64,000 nucleotides of DNA, taken from the IMG/VR virus record IMGVR_UViG_3300032164_000001; one strand, 5' to 3'. Each line of letters opens with the position of its first letter. Positions within the stretch are counted from its first letter, which is position 1. Below, one piece after another: positions 19,654 through 29,536 of this stretch. Source of the DNA: a virus. Position numbers and translations under genes: made by a program. Below the pieces are notes generated by a model. The model was not told the DNA's origin. It ran no database searches and saw only the letters and a program-made list of their open reading frames with translations.

Positions 19654-20988
19654 ATGGCAAAAATAACCGATTTCGCAACCGTAACCACCAAGACACTCCA
19701 GGTCTACGCAAATGGGTCGACTGGCAACGACTCCAACGACGGATTGACTGTTGGTACACCCAAGTTGACCTTGGGTGCTGTGTTCGCACTTGTGCCGGAC
19801 ATAGTTAAGCACAACGTCTGCGTCAACCTGGCAGGTACGCTCACAGATTGGGGTGCAATCACTTTGTCGAGAACTGCCCTCGCGTGGCTTTTTGTTGATG
19901 GCGGGACCAACACGACTACCCTTGCAGGTCCCTACACAGCCGACATTCACGAGACTTACTCTATAGGATTGACCACAGCAGGTTGGACAGCCAACGCCTA
20001 CAGGGGTTATTCGGTCAAGGTCACGTCTGGTGCATGCAATGGCGAAATAAGGACCATTCAGTCGCACACTACTACCACCATCACTCCCACCCAGAACTTC
20101 TCCACAGATCCGGGCGCAGCTACGTTTGTCATCGTTCGACCAACCACCACCCTCAGTGCCAGCTCTACTGAATCTGGGCTGACGATATCAAACTTGGGTG
20201 ACGGCGTTGGTCGGATCACTGTACAGAACATCTACCTGACAGGTTCCAAAGCACAGCTAAGTGCATACAATAGTTGTGGTGAAGTGGCATTTGCCAATGT
20301 TGTTTCCGACTCAACCAAACAACCTCCAATTGTAGCCAACTGGCTAAACCTCTTGCTGTTCTCGTCCAATGTTTACAACACGACCACCTTTCCCTTTACC
20401 CTTAACACACTGTATCACACAGGTGTAACAGTGCGAGGGAACTGGAGCACCAGTCTGACTGCTTCCGTGTACCACGTGCAAGACTTCTATGTGTACGGGG
20501 GCCTTTTGAATTGTCTGGACTGCAATAGTTGTGGTAGTGTGTTCATGACACAAGGTTGGAAGATATCCGGTATGTACTTGTGGCACAACCTGCGAGTCGC
20601 TCTAATGAGTGCTAGCGGCTTTGCAAAAGGGGAGGCTAGTGGCTGCTCCAATGCTGCAGGTTTACAAATCAGACGCAGCTTCGTCACCATTTACGACTAT
20701 GTGAACATATCCAGCAACGGTGCCCAAGGAATGGTTGTAGACTTGGGCTCGATAGTACAAATCTACACGGCTACTGCTGCCCTGAGCGGTTCTGGCAACG
20801 TGGGCTGGGGTGTGCTTTGTGACTATGACGCCACGGTGCTCTACTACAACACAATCACCCCAACTTTGACTGGAGCTAGTGGAGAGGTGTACACCGCTAC
20901 TGGGGCTGGAACAGCAACTTGGGCGCAGATTGCTGCTGGAACAATTCTGTCGGGTGCTACCTACAAGTGCTTGGTTCGCAAGTACTGA
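19654..20988 (+). CDS. Tail spike/receptor-binding-like protein, paralogue 2 of 3
   Basis: N-terminal ~62 aa identical to 21009-22334; ends LVRKY. Confidence 0.7.
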   Translation: MAKITDFATVTTKTLQVYANGSTGNDSNDGLTVGTPKLTLGAVFALVPDIVKHNVCVNLAGTLTDWGAITLSRTALAWLFVDGGTNTTTLAGPYTADIHETYSIGLTTAGWTANAYRGYSVKVTSGACNGEIRTIQSHTTTTITPTQNFSTDPGAATFVIVRPTTTLSASSTESGLTISNLGDGVGRITVQNIYLTGSKAQLSAYNSCGEVAFANVVSDSTKQPPIVANWLNLLLFSSNVYNTTTFPFTLNTLYHTGVTVRGNWSTSLTASVYHVQDFYVYGGLLNCLDCNSCGSVFMTQGWKISGMYLWHNLRVALMSASGFAKGEASGCSNAAGLQIRRSFVTIYDYVNISSNGAQGMVVDLGSIVQIYTATAALSGSGNVGWGVLCDYDATVLYYNTITPTLTGASGEVYTATGAGTATWAQIAAGTILSGATYKCLVRKY

Positions 20989-21008
20989 CACCCACTTAGG
21001 AGAGACCA

Positions 21009-22334
21009 TTGGCAAAAATAACCGATTTCGCAACCGTAACCACCAAGACACTCCAGGTCTACGCAAATGGGTCGACTGGCAACGACTCCAACGACGGCTT
21101 GACTGTTGGTACGCCTAAGTTGACCTTGGGGGCCGTGTTCGCCTTGGTACCAGACATAGTCAAACACAACGTGTGTGTGAACCTGGCTGGTACTTTCAAT
21201 GAACCAGGTGACATCAATTTTTCCCGCATGATTCAAGACACTGGTTTCCTGTTGGTTGATGGTGGGTCCACAACCACTACCCTTGCTGGACCCTACACAG
21301 CTAACATCCATGAGACCTACTCCATTGGGCTCACCACGGCTGGTTGGACGGTAGACGCCCACAAGGGTTACACAGTTTCCGTTACGTCTGGCCCGTGCAA
21401 TGGTGAGAAGCGCACCATTCAGAGCAACACCGCCACCACCATAACACCGGTCAAGGATTTTAGTGCAGATCCCGGAGCTGCTACCTTCGTGATCGAAAGG
21501 CCGACTACCACCATCAGTGCTTCCAGTGCTGACGCGATATTGAAATTGGCGATGTACAGCAACGCGGTAACTCGGATGGCATTCAGACTACAACGCCTGT
21601 ACATGTCCGGAACCAAAGCTGCTTTGCAATATCAGGGAATGTGCAGAGCTTTCATCACCAACTTCATATCCGATTCTACTGCAGCCAGCGGCTTCTACCC
21701 GTCTTCGTTTACGGGTCTCGGCAACGTTCGACAGAACCCCGCTACTTTTGCTGATATCGCGGATACCATAGAGTATGTCGGATTCTGCAACAGGGTAGCA
21801 GCAACAAATCTCTATAGCGCCGCGTGCTATTTTTATGGTTGCTACTTTGCCGTTCTAACTGCAACCGGTTGCACTAACCTGGTGTATCTAGCTGCGGGAA
21901 CTAGAATCAATGGGGGCGCCTTTGCTTTTCAATTGACTTCTAGTCGGGCGTGGATAGCCAGTGCTGCTGGTTACGCTAAAGTCAAGATCGGTGGGGCCTC
22001 CACCTATGGTGTCTATGCAGGGGAGCAATCCTACATCTGGTTTGGAGATTATGTGGAACTGAGTAATAACTCTTACGTTGGTCTAATGCTCATCAACTCA
22101 ACAGGCTGGATAGGTGGGACTACTTCGAAGCTTGCTGGCAGTAGCAATGGTAGTTGGGGTGCTTACATCGATGTTGGTGGAAGACTGTTTTTGACCAGCG
22201 GTGCTACACCAACCTTGACTGGCACAAGTGGGGAATGCGCTATCCCAACTGGTACTGGTGCCACTTGGGTGAATATCAATGGTGGCACCGTTCTTAGCGA
22301 TGCAGCCTATGCTGCACTGGTTCGCAAGTACTAA
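21009..22334 (+). CDS. Tail spike/receptor-binding-like protein, paralogue 3 of 3
   Basis: TTG start after AGGAG; N-terminus identical to previous gene; ends LVRKY. Confidence 0.7.
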   Translation: MAKITDFATVTTKTLQVYANGSTGNDSNDGLTVGTPKLTLGAVFALVPDIVKHNVCVNLAGTFNEPGDINFSRMIQDTGFLLVDGGSTTTTLAGPYTANIHETYSIGLTTAGWTVDAHKGYTVSVTSGPCNGEKRTIQSNTATTITPVKDFSADPGAATFVIERPTTTISASSADAILKLAMYSNAVTRMAFRLQRLYMSGTKAALQYQGMCRAFITNFISDSTAASGFYPSSFTGLGNVRQNPATFADIADTIEYVGFCNRVAATNLYSAACYFYGCYFAVLTATGCTNLVYLAAGTRINGGAFAFQLTSSRAWIASAAGYAKVKIGGASTYGVYAGEQSYIWFGDYVELSNNSYVGLMLINSTGWIGGTTSKLAGSSNGSWGAYIDVGGRLFLTSGATPTLTGTSGECAIPTGTGATWVNINGGTVLSDAAYAALVRKY

Positions 22335-22351
22335 CACACAGGAGAAACCTC

Positions 22352-22585
22352 ATGAACAAGCCGTATGTTTGTCACAATTGCTCAACCGAGTTCGATCTGT
22401 GGCCACTCCCAGAACTCCCAGAGCCACCGCCAGGTGGTCCGGGTGCGCCTTTTCCGGAGCAGACCATGCCAACGCTCATCAAAGTCAAGTGTCCTGGTTG
22501 CTATAACAACGGTTACACCAGCACTGACAAGATGATCTACACGGTGAACTTGGAGACCATGGAATTGGTGTCTGAAGGACTGTGA
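22352..22585 (+). CDS. Small Zn-ribbon protein with Pro-rich insert
   Basis: CHNC..CPGC; AGGAG SD. Confidence 0.6.
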   Translation: MNKPYVCHNCSTEFDLWPLPELPEPPPGGPGAPFPEQTMPTLIKVKCPGCYNNGYTSTDKMIYTVNLETMELVSEGL

Positions 22586-22615
22586 GACTCACCACGTGCC
22601 AGTGCAGATTAGGAT

Positions 22616-23119
22616 ATGAAGATGCCTGCTGATAAAGACCTGCTGTATCAAATTGCCACGGATGTCGGTGAGACGCGAGCGGGAGTCGACAATCTCAAGG
22701 AGCAATTCGAAGGGACTGTCGGCAAGGGCGAATGCACACAACGGCACGTAGTCGTCGCACAATCCATTGAGTCGCTGAAGAAAGAACTGGTGGCCGAATT
22801 CAAGAAGGGCACCGGCCAGGCGCATCCTGCTATCACGGACAAGATGCTCGAGAAGAAGCGCAACGCCGTTATGTTCTGGATTGCAATGATTACTGGCATA
22901 GGGACCATTGGTAGTGGCGTTGTGCTCGGAGCATGGAAGGTATTCGACTTCATGAGTCAGGTGCAACAGGGGCTGAAGCAGTCGCAACAGGAGATCCGAA
23001 CGGAGATCAAGGCAAACAAGGCGGGCGGCAAACCTCGAGTGATATACGTGACCGTTCCGGCTCTTCCGGACATGGGAATCAAGCCCAGACCAGCGGTGCG
23101 TCCCAGAACCAAACGGTGA
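22616..23119 (+). CDS. Single-pass membrane protein
   Basis: One TM segment (AVMFWIAMITGIGTIGSGVVLGAW) flanked by coiled coils. Confidence 0.6.
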   Translation: MKMPADKDLLYQIATDVGETRAGVDNLKEQFEGTVGKGECTQRHVVVAQSIESLKKELVAEFKKGTGQAHPAITDKMLEKKRNAVMFWIAMITGIGTIGSGVVLGAWKVFDFMSQVQQGLKQSQQEIRTEIKANKAGGKPRVIYVTVPALPDMGIKPRPAVRPRTKR

Positions 23120-23138
23120 AATGGCTTAGGATGAAACC

Positions 23139-23465
23139 ATGTCCAGGTTCGAAACAGTTGAGGTGTTCGCCGGTTTTGTGCTAGACGTGCATGGAGATGT
23201 CTTCTCCGCACGATTCAGAAGCATCACACGCCCAGGGGTTGAAGAGGAGGGGGAAATCCCATTGGTGGAGATTGCCGAGAAGGACCGAAAGAATGTGGTG
23301 CCCGGGGCCTGGTTCAAGTGGCACATTGCCTTCTATGAGGACGAACTTAAACTGCGTGCATCTTTCTTTCGCTTCAGTGAAGATACTTGGAGTGCGACAG
23401 AGCTCGCCACCGCACACGAGCTCGCGGTGAAGATGTTGCACTCGATTGACGGAATGGGCAAATGA
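23139..23465 (+). CDS. Hypothetical protein
   Basis: 108-aa ORF coupled to next gene. Confidence 0.55.
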   Translation: MSRFETVEVFAGFVLDVHGDVFSARFRSITRPGVEEEGEIPLVEIAEKDRKNVVPGAWFKWHIAFYEDELKLRASFFRFSEDTWSATELATAHELAVKMLHSIDGMGK

Positions 23466-23896
23466 GTCTTGTCGAATACACATTGATCAGAACCAATCGA
23501 GGGCTACTGACTCTCGGACAACTCAGAAGAATGCCAGACTTGACAGGTCATCTGGCTGTGACAAAGTTGCATGAGTGCTCAATCATCAGTTGCAAGAGCA
23601 ATGGTGTCGAACCCACACTCCGTGTGCTGATCGAGAACGGCATGACGTTGCGTGGGACGGCAGACCAGATGGTGCGCCTGATAGCGAGGGATGAATCGAC
23701 ATGTAGTTGGAAACGACTGGACACCCTGTTCGAGAATGACATGGTTGCATTCATGACTTCGACCTGTAAAGGTGTGCCAAGCTTTCGAGGAATGGCGGTG
23801 ATCAATGTACGAGAGGCCGACGAGATGGAAGTATTCGATTTAGAAGTTTCTGCGAAACAGATGATTGCAAATGGCATCTTAGTGAAAGCAAAGTAG
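23462..23896 (+). CDS. Stand-alone degenerate Hint (intein-like) domain protein
   Basis: SLVEYTLIRTNRG (block A), ENGMTLRGTADQ (block B without His), VFDLEV..IANGILVKAK (blocks F/G without His-Asn). Confidence 0.75.
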   Translation: MSLVEYTLIRTNRGLLTLGQLRRMPDLTGHLAVTKLHECSIISCKSNGVEPTLRVLIENGMTLRGTADQMVRLIARDESTCSWKRLDTLFENDMVAFMTSTCKGVPSFRGMAVINVREADEMEVFDLEVSAKQMIANGILVKAK

Positions 23897-23907
23897 CACT
23901 TGAAGAC

Positions 23908-26900
23908 ATGCCAGCCACCGATTACGGCATTGTAGAATCTGATGCTCAGCAGGTACAAGTTACCTCGGCTTGGCTGATACGTTGTATTCCTGGCAGTGAA
24001 GAATCTATTCTTTTTCGCTCAGACGAGAACGTCGCAATCTTAACCGAGCTTGAATTCGATCAACAACAAGTAGAGACATATTCTGCCACATGGCTCGAGC
24101 AGTACCATCCCGGTTCGGTTGAATCTATTCTTTTTCGCTCAGACGAGAACGTCGCAATCTTAACCGAGCTTGAATTCGATCAACAACAACGGAGTGTCGA
24201 GGCCGTCCCCTGGCTGGATTCCGGGATGGCAACGCTCGAACCGTCCATTGACATGGCTCAGGCCCAGGGCAGCGAGCCGTTCATCGATCTTGTGCGCACC
24301 ACACCAGTGACCGGCGCAGTAGAAGTCGGTGTCGGTTCGCCAATCATTCTATACGTAGCCGATCGTATTGCCAAGCGCGAAGTACCAGTAGAACTCATAG
24401 CAGCCAACGAATACACATCCACTCCCACACCTGCACACGGTGTTGCAGATCTCAAGACCACTATCAGGGTGAAGATCGGTGAGGGAACGTGGGCAACCAT
24501 CTACTCTTCCGGCTCCGCGCAGGGCGGATGGACTGTGGCCGCACAGACAGACCTGCTATATCAAGGTTACAAATACACACTGACGCCACCAACCCCTTTT
24601 CCACCAAACACGCCTATCGTCTTCGGCGTGGACATGGAGGACCAGGATCGCAATTTCGCCCATGACGAGACATATGGATTCACTACGGCCAAAGCCGTAT
24701 CAGCCACGGATTATGGTGTTGTAGAAGTAGATTTTCAACAACAAACAGAATACACTGCGCCATGGCTATTGGCACAAGGGCCAAATGCCGAGGAATCCAT
24801 CTTTTACCGTATAGACGAAATCATAGACAATCTGGTTGAATCTGAATTCGACCAGCAGCAGTTGGAGGTCTATACGGCGCCATGGCTTGAGAACTGCTTA
24901 CCTGGAAGTATCGAGTCTACACTATTCCGTATAGACGAAATCATAGACAATCTGGTTGAATCTGAATTCGACCAGCAGCAGCAAGGTCAAGAGGTGCCGC
25001 CGTGGGTTCCGTTATTCGACACATTCGAACTCATCACTGCCACTGCTCCGGTTCAACTCAGTGAGCCATTTGTTGATTACACTCGCACACTACCAGTATC
25101 CGGCGCGGCAAATGTCCAAACAGACTCTACAATCGTATTGTATGTAGCAGACAAGATCGCCAAGCGCGAATCACACATAGAACTGGTTGCAGCAGACATC
25201 TATAGTTACACGCCGGAGCCAGCTCGTGGTATAGCAGACCTGAAGACAGTTATTAGAGTGAAGTATGGCTCTGGTGCGTGGGTCACCATTTACTCCAACG
25301 GTGCAGCACAAAGTGGTTGGACAGTAGACAAGCAAGTAGATCAGTTCTATCAAGGATACAAGTACACTCTCACGCCCGGCGCAGCCTTCCCAAACCTCAC
25401 ATCCGTCCTCTTTGCAATTACCATGGAGGACCAAGATCACAACTTTGCATGCGATGAGAGCTATGGATTCACCACAGTAAGATACATACCGGCTACGGAC
25501 TATGGAGTTGTGGAACTAGATGCCTGCCAGGGAACCGAATCTCAACCATGGCTGATGGTATGCACACCAGGCAGCGAGCAGCCAATATTCCACGAGATAA
25601 CTTCCGATTTACTACCGGCACAATTTGACCATCAGCAGCAACAGCAAGAAGTGCCACTGTGGGCCCCACAATTCGAATCGTTTGAAGTAGCTTCCATTGT
25701 GGCCCCTGCACAGGGCAGCGAGCCATTCATTGACTACACCCGCACGTGGCCACAGACAGGTACACTTGATGTGCAGCCAAGCTCATCGATCGTACTCTAT
25801 GTCGCAGATCGCATAGCCAAGCGTGAAACCCATGTACTGCTTGTTGAAGCAGATGAATTCGCCAGCACGCCTGAGCCAGCACGTGGCATAGCAGACCTGA
25901 AGACGGTTATCAGAGTGAAGTATGGCTCTGGGACATGGACAACTGTTTACTTTTCTGGCTCCGCACAAAACGGTTGGACAGTAGACAAACAGACGGACCT
26001 GCTGTATAAAGGTTACAAGTACATACTCACACCACCGGTAGCCTTTCCAGACTTCACTCAGATTCGCTTCGGTGTGAGCGCAGAAGACCAGGATAGAAAT
26101 TTCTCGTATGATGAGACATATAACTTCAGCACAACCGAAAGTTTCACATATGGCTCATGCAGCCTGGGGATGGAAATGACAACAGTTTACATCAAGACCG
26201 GCGACAAAGAGCCACTACAGGCCATGGTTGTGGATACTGACGGAATACCGACGATCGGGCTGATTGACGTGAAGGCCAAGATTCGTCGGCTGTCCGATGG
26301 CCTGTACTACGACTGGACAGACAACCGGTTCAAGGCCGGAGTCAGTGTTGCAAAACTGATGGAGGCGCTGTCCGAGGTGTCATCCATCTACTTCAAGGGC
26401 GAGTACATCCTGAACACAGTCGATCATCCCATGGGGTGGGACACAGCGAAGATCGCCAACGTCAACGCTGATGATGTTTATCACGTCACGGTGGACCAAG
26501 ACGGTGCACGGACGGCCGGCAATCTCCCACAGATCGGGGAAATCAAGGCCGGCCGTTGGGTCGACATGTTGAATGCGCAAGTCTCTACACGTGCAACACC
26601 CGACGATGTGGAGACACGGGCGACGACAGTGATCCGTGACTTCGGCCTCGACCACCTCGTGTCGGTCAACCCCGGCATTGTGCCCCCAGCGGCCAACACG
26701 TACATCAGGCAGATCCTGGACAAAGAGAACCAGATACTGGCTGGTAGTAACTCTTGCAACGTGAAACAGAGCTTTGCCTACGATCCAGCACTTGACCTCA
26801 TCACTGGCCAGCTCTGGGTCGAGAAGAACAACCGTGTCAACGACGACACGATCTCCATGACCATGAGTTGGTATGACGAGGATGGAAACTTCGTCTTCAG

Positions 26901-27054
26901 CGCGGCTGGCGTGCCCGACCTGCAGGGTGTCTACAAGGTGAGCAAGACCACTCCTGGTCTGGTGCGCAACCGGTCCTATTACACGGTTGTCACTGCCAAC
27001 TTGCCGGAGATCGGCACCGTCACCAGTGCCAAGGGCACATTCACGGTGGGTTGA
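23908..27054 (+). CDS. 1048-aa acidic repeat protein with three Ig-like (SbsA/Big-type) units; probable virion appendage
   Basis: Three units beginning xATDYG, each with SEPF.D..RT.P..IVLYVAD.IAKRE..GYKY.LTP..EDQD.NF..DE.Y.F.T. Confidence 0.75.
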   Translation: MPATDYGIVESDAQQVQVTSAWLIRCIPGSEESILFRSDENVAILTELEFDQQQVETYSATWLEQYHPGSVESILFRSDENVAILTELEFDQQQRSVEAVPWLDSGMATLEPSIDMAQAQGSEPFIDLVRTTPVTGAVEVGVGSPIILYVADRIAKREVPVELIAANEYTSTPTPAHGVADLKTTIRVKIGEGTWATIYSSGSAQGGWTVAAQTDLLYQGYKYTLTPPTPFPPNTPIVFGVDMEDQDRNFAHDETYGFTTAKAVSATDYGVVEVDFQQQTEYTAPWLLAQGPNAEESIFYRIDEIIDNLVESEFDQQQLEVYTAPWLENCLPGSIESTLFRIDEIIDNLVESEFDQQQQGQEVPPWVPLFDTFELITATAPVQLSEPFVDYTRTLPVSGAANVQTDSTIVLYVADKIAKRESHIELVAADIYSYTPEPARGIADLKTVIRVKYGSGAWVTIYSNGAAQSGWTVDKQVDQFYQGYKYTLTPGAAFPNLTSVLFAITMEDQDHNFACDESYGFTTVRYIPATDYGVVELDACQGTESQPWLMVCTPGSEQPIFHEITSDLLPAQFDHQQQQQEVPLWAPQFESFEVASIVAPAQGSEPFIDYTRTWPQTGTLDVQPSSSIVLYVADRIAKRETHVLLVEADEFASTPEPARGIADLKTVIRVKYGSGTWTTVYFSGSAQNGWTVDKQTDLLYKGYKYILTPPVAFPDFTQIRFGVSAEDQDRNFSYDETYNFSTTESFTYGSCSLGMEMTTVYIKTGDKEPLQAMVVDTDGIPTIGLIDVKAKIRRLSDGLYYDWTDNRFKAGVSVAKLMEALSEVSSIYFKGEYILNTVDHPMGWDTAKIANVNADDVYHVTVDQDGARTAGNLPQIGEIKAGRWVDMLNAQVSTRATPDDVETRATTVIRDFGLDHLVSVNPGIVPPAANTYIRQILDKENQILAGSNSCNVKQSFAYDPALDLITGQLWVEKNNRVNDDTISMTMSWYDEDGNFVFSAAGVPDLQGVYKVSKTTPGLVRNRSYYTVVTANLPEIGTVTSAKGTFTVG

Positions 27055-27067
27055 CGAGAACGAACTG

Positions 27068-27574
27068 ATGTACTTGATGACCTACAGCAGTGACGTCTCC
27101 CAGGGCCTACACATGGCCGGAAGTGCCTACGTACCAGATTCGATGATCACCACTTCCGATGTGGAAGTGCAGCAACTGTATGTGCAGGTCTACGTAGCCG
27201 TCTACTACGACGCCTGCAGAAAGCTCATCGTCGGCCCTGATGCACGGCTGCTCATCGAGATCTTACCCGACATGCTGATGGCGTTGCGGATCGATCCTGA
27301 CGTCGTTCAGCACCTGTTCGACAGTGGCTACGCTTCGACCGAGCTGGCCATCGGACCAGACGCCTTCGCCAGAGTGGAGCTCAGCCTGACGGAACGTGGC
27401 CTGAGAGTGGGTCCACAAGCAGAGGCTCAAATCCAGATCATGCCGGATGGATCGGCGCAAATAAGTATTTCACCCGACTGTCTTGTCAAGCTACAATCTG
27501 GCGGAGGCGGCAAAGTGTTGCAGGTCGGACCGGATGCAATAGCCAAACTCATCATCGACGTCTGTGGAGACTGA
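27068..27574 (+). CDS. Hypothetical protein with internal (I/V)GPD repeats
   Basis: Repeated L.(I/V)(G/D/S)PD motif. Confidence 0.55.
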   Translation: MYLMTYSSDVSQGLHMAGSAYVPDSMITTSDVEVQQLYVQVYVAVYYDACRKLIVGPDARLLIEILPDMLMALRIDPDVVQHLFDSGYASTELAIGPDAFARVELSLTERGLRVGPQAEAQIQIMPDGSAQISISPDCLVKLQSGGGGKVLQVGPDAIAKLIIDVCGD

Positions 27575-27575
27575 C

Positions 27576-27974
27576 ATGAGCGCACAGTACGACATCACGG
27601 CGGATTATCTGATAAAGTCCGGGTTCCGACCGATTCATGCTGGGGATGACTACGATCACTTCTTCACCGTGGAGAGACCACCGGGTACGGCGCTGTCACT
27701 CGCATTGGCCAAGATCTGGTTCACCATCAAGGAGGACGCCGTCGACTCTGATGCCGAGGCCAAGCTCCAGTACACAACAGACAGCGCGGACGAGATCGAG
27801 ATCACGGCTCCTGCCACCGGTGCATTCACTATTCATCTGGCAGCAGCCGATACAGAGAATCTGGCCGGAACCTGGCAGTACGACGTACAGGTCAAGTTGA
27901 GCACAGCGAAGATCATCACCATCGCTCGAGGGTTCATCGAGTTCCTGCCGCACATCACGTACGCCAGGAGCTGA
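27576..27974 (+). CDS. Baseplate upper protein (BppU N-terminal)-like
   Basis: GDD..F..IWFTIK..G.FTIHL.AADTENL.G.WQYDVQV..TIARG pattern. Confidence 0.55.
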   Translation: MSAQYDITADYLIKSGFRPIHAGDDYDHFFTVERPPGTALSLALAKIWFTIKEDAVDSDAEAKLQYTTDSADEIEITAPATGAFTIHLAAADTENLAGTWQYDVQVKLSTAKIITIARGFIEFLPHITYARS

Positions 27975-28001
27975 ATTCGTTTCTTCGAAAAGGAGAAAAC
28001 C

Positions 28002-28529
28002 ATGAGAGCAAGAAACGCAGTGGCAGTGCTGACAACAGTGTGGTTCATCACGGCAGTTGCCCTCGCTCAGGAGAAGAAAGAAGCGGTGAAGGCTGTACCG
28101 GTGAAGACGACAGTGAAGGCTCCGGCAAAAACTGACCCGGCGATTCCAACTGCCCCGGTTGCCGTAAAGGAAGCGGTGACGGTGAAGACTCCAACCACAC
28201 AGCCTGTGTCCTCCGACGACGCAGGTGGCATCCTGGGAGCGATCCTCGCTGCAGCGAAAGGAGGCAAGTGGGCCTTGATGGTTGGATTCATCGTGATGCT
28301 CCTCACGTGGCTCGTTAACAAGATTCTCCGAGGGAAGATCCCTTCAGCGGTGATGCCATGGTTAGCTATCGGCCTGTCAATGATCGCAGCGGTCGCGTTC
28401 TCACTGAGTACGGGAGCTGGATGGCTGAACGCGTTCATCGTCGGAGTGCAATCCGGTTTGATCGCGGCCGGCAGCTGGAGTGCCTTCGGCAAGTACCTAC
28501 CGGTGATTGGCAAACCGGAGGTGAAATAA
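28002..28529 (+). CDS. Holin-like membrane protein with signal peptide
   Basis: N-terminal signal (AVALA/QE), 3-4 TM segments, at end of structural block. Confidence 0.55.
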   Translation: MRARNAVAVLTTVWFITAVALAQEKKEAVKAVPVKTTVKAPAKTDPAIPTAPVAVKEAVTVKTPTTQPVSSDDAGGILGAILAAAKGGKWALMVGFIVMLLTWLVNKILRGKIPSAVMPWLAIGLSMIAAVAFSLSTGAGWLNAFIVGVQSGLIAAGSWSAFGKYLPVIGKPEVK

Positions 28530-28531
28530 AC

Positions 28532-28867
28532 ATGTCATGGTGGCGACAGAACTGGCGAATCGGCGTCGGACTCATCGCCGCCGGTCTCGGCTGCATTGTA
28601 GTGCTCGTGCTCTGGATCATGAAACGAGGAAAGGAGGCCGAGGAGCTCCGTGCAAAGCTCGCCATGATGAACACCACCTTGAAGGTAGCAGGCCTGGAGG
28701 CCGACAAGAAGGCTCGAGGCAAGGAGCTTGAACAGAACAGCGTGGAGTCTGTCAAGCTCGACGCCAGGATCGTACAGGCCAAGAAGGACACCGTGGCCAA
28801 GGTACAATCGGTCAAGGAGATGTCAGATGCTGAAGTCATCGAGGCGTTCAAGAAACTCGGCTACTGA
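28532..28867 (+). CDS. N-terminally anchored coiled-coil protein (i-spanin-like)
   Basis: One N-terminal TM plus coiled coil, follows holin-like gene. Confidence 0.45.
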   Translation: MSWWRQNWRIGVGLIAAGLGCIVVLVLWIMKRGKEAEELRAKLAMMNTTLKVAGLEADKKARGKELEQNSVESVKLDARIVQAKKDTVAKVQSVKEMSDAEVIEAFKKLGY

Positions 28868-28868
28868 A

Positions 28869-29294
28869 GTGCTGATCGTTACTGCATTACTCTGCCTGAG
28901 CGCACCGGTTTGGGCGCAGACCGAAGCGCCTGCAGCTCCTCTTGGCTCACAGCCCTACACGTTGCATGGTGTGGACGGCTTGTGGTTTCCCATGACGTCG
29001 GCTCGCAAGCTGCTCACGGATGTGTTGAAGGGCTCAGAGATGGAGCAGACGCTGAAGCTGATCGAGCAGCGCCTACAGTTCGAGAAGGACCGCAGCGAGC
29101 TCCTGAACCGCAACGTGAAGACCATCGAGCAGATCGCTGTCCAGTGGAAGGGCACCGCCGAGGCGCAAGCCAAGCAACTAGCCACAGCAATCCCATGGTG
29201 GAGGCACCCCTACCTCTGGACAGCCGTCGGATTCGTCGTCGGAACCGGCGTGACCGTCGGCCTCACCTTCGCGGCCCAACGGGCCACGAATTAA
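28869..29294 (+). CDS. Secreted coiled-coil protein with C-terminal TM (spanin-like)
   Basis: Signal peptide, coiled coil, PWWRHPYLW plus C-terminal hydrophobic segment. Confidence 0.45.
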   Translation: MLIVTALLCLSAPVWAQTEAPAAPLGSQPYTLHGVDGLWFPMTSARKLLTDVLKGSEMEQTLKLIEQRLQFEKDRSELLNRNVKTIEQIAVQWKGTAEAQAKQLATAIPWWRHPYLWTAVGFVVGTGVTVGLTFAAQRATN

Positions 29295-29315
29295 GAGCAC
29301 TCTTCCTTCAATCCA

Positions 29316-29396
29316 CTTCTCTCTTCTCCCTTCTCTTCCTCCTTCTCCCTTCTCTTCCTCCTTCTCCCTTCTCTTCCTACTTCTCCTTCCTCTTCT
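29316..29396 (+). repeat. Polypyrimidine tract with three tandem 19-bp units CTTCTCCCTTCTCTTCCTC
   Basis: Units at 29323, 29342, 29361 (last ends in A). Confidence 0.9.
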
Positions 29397-29425
29397 AGGA
29401 ATAGCCGTTTCCCCGCATAATTGTC

Positions 29426-29497
29426 TTGACAGTTCCACATTGCATAATATAGAATGACGGGTGGTTGGGGTGGGTTAAGGTTTGTATATAGGGGGTT
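29426..29497 (+). promoter_or_regulatory. Repeat A copy 2
   Basis: TTGACA-18-TAGAAT-GACGGGTGGTTGGGGTGGGTTAAGGTTTGTATATAGGGGG. Confidence 0.8.
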
Positions 29498-29536
29498 GTT
29501 AAATGAATCCAAGAGCTTGCGTCAGCACTGAATCAT

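Noticed and set aside
23462-23896. Active intein
   Set aside because: No exteins; lacks block-B His and terminal His-Asn
18116-27054. Diversity-generating retroelement or invertible shufflon
   Set aside because: No reverse transcriptase or invertase in the window; repeats are direct and differences are not adenine-specific
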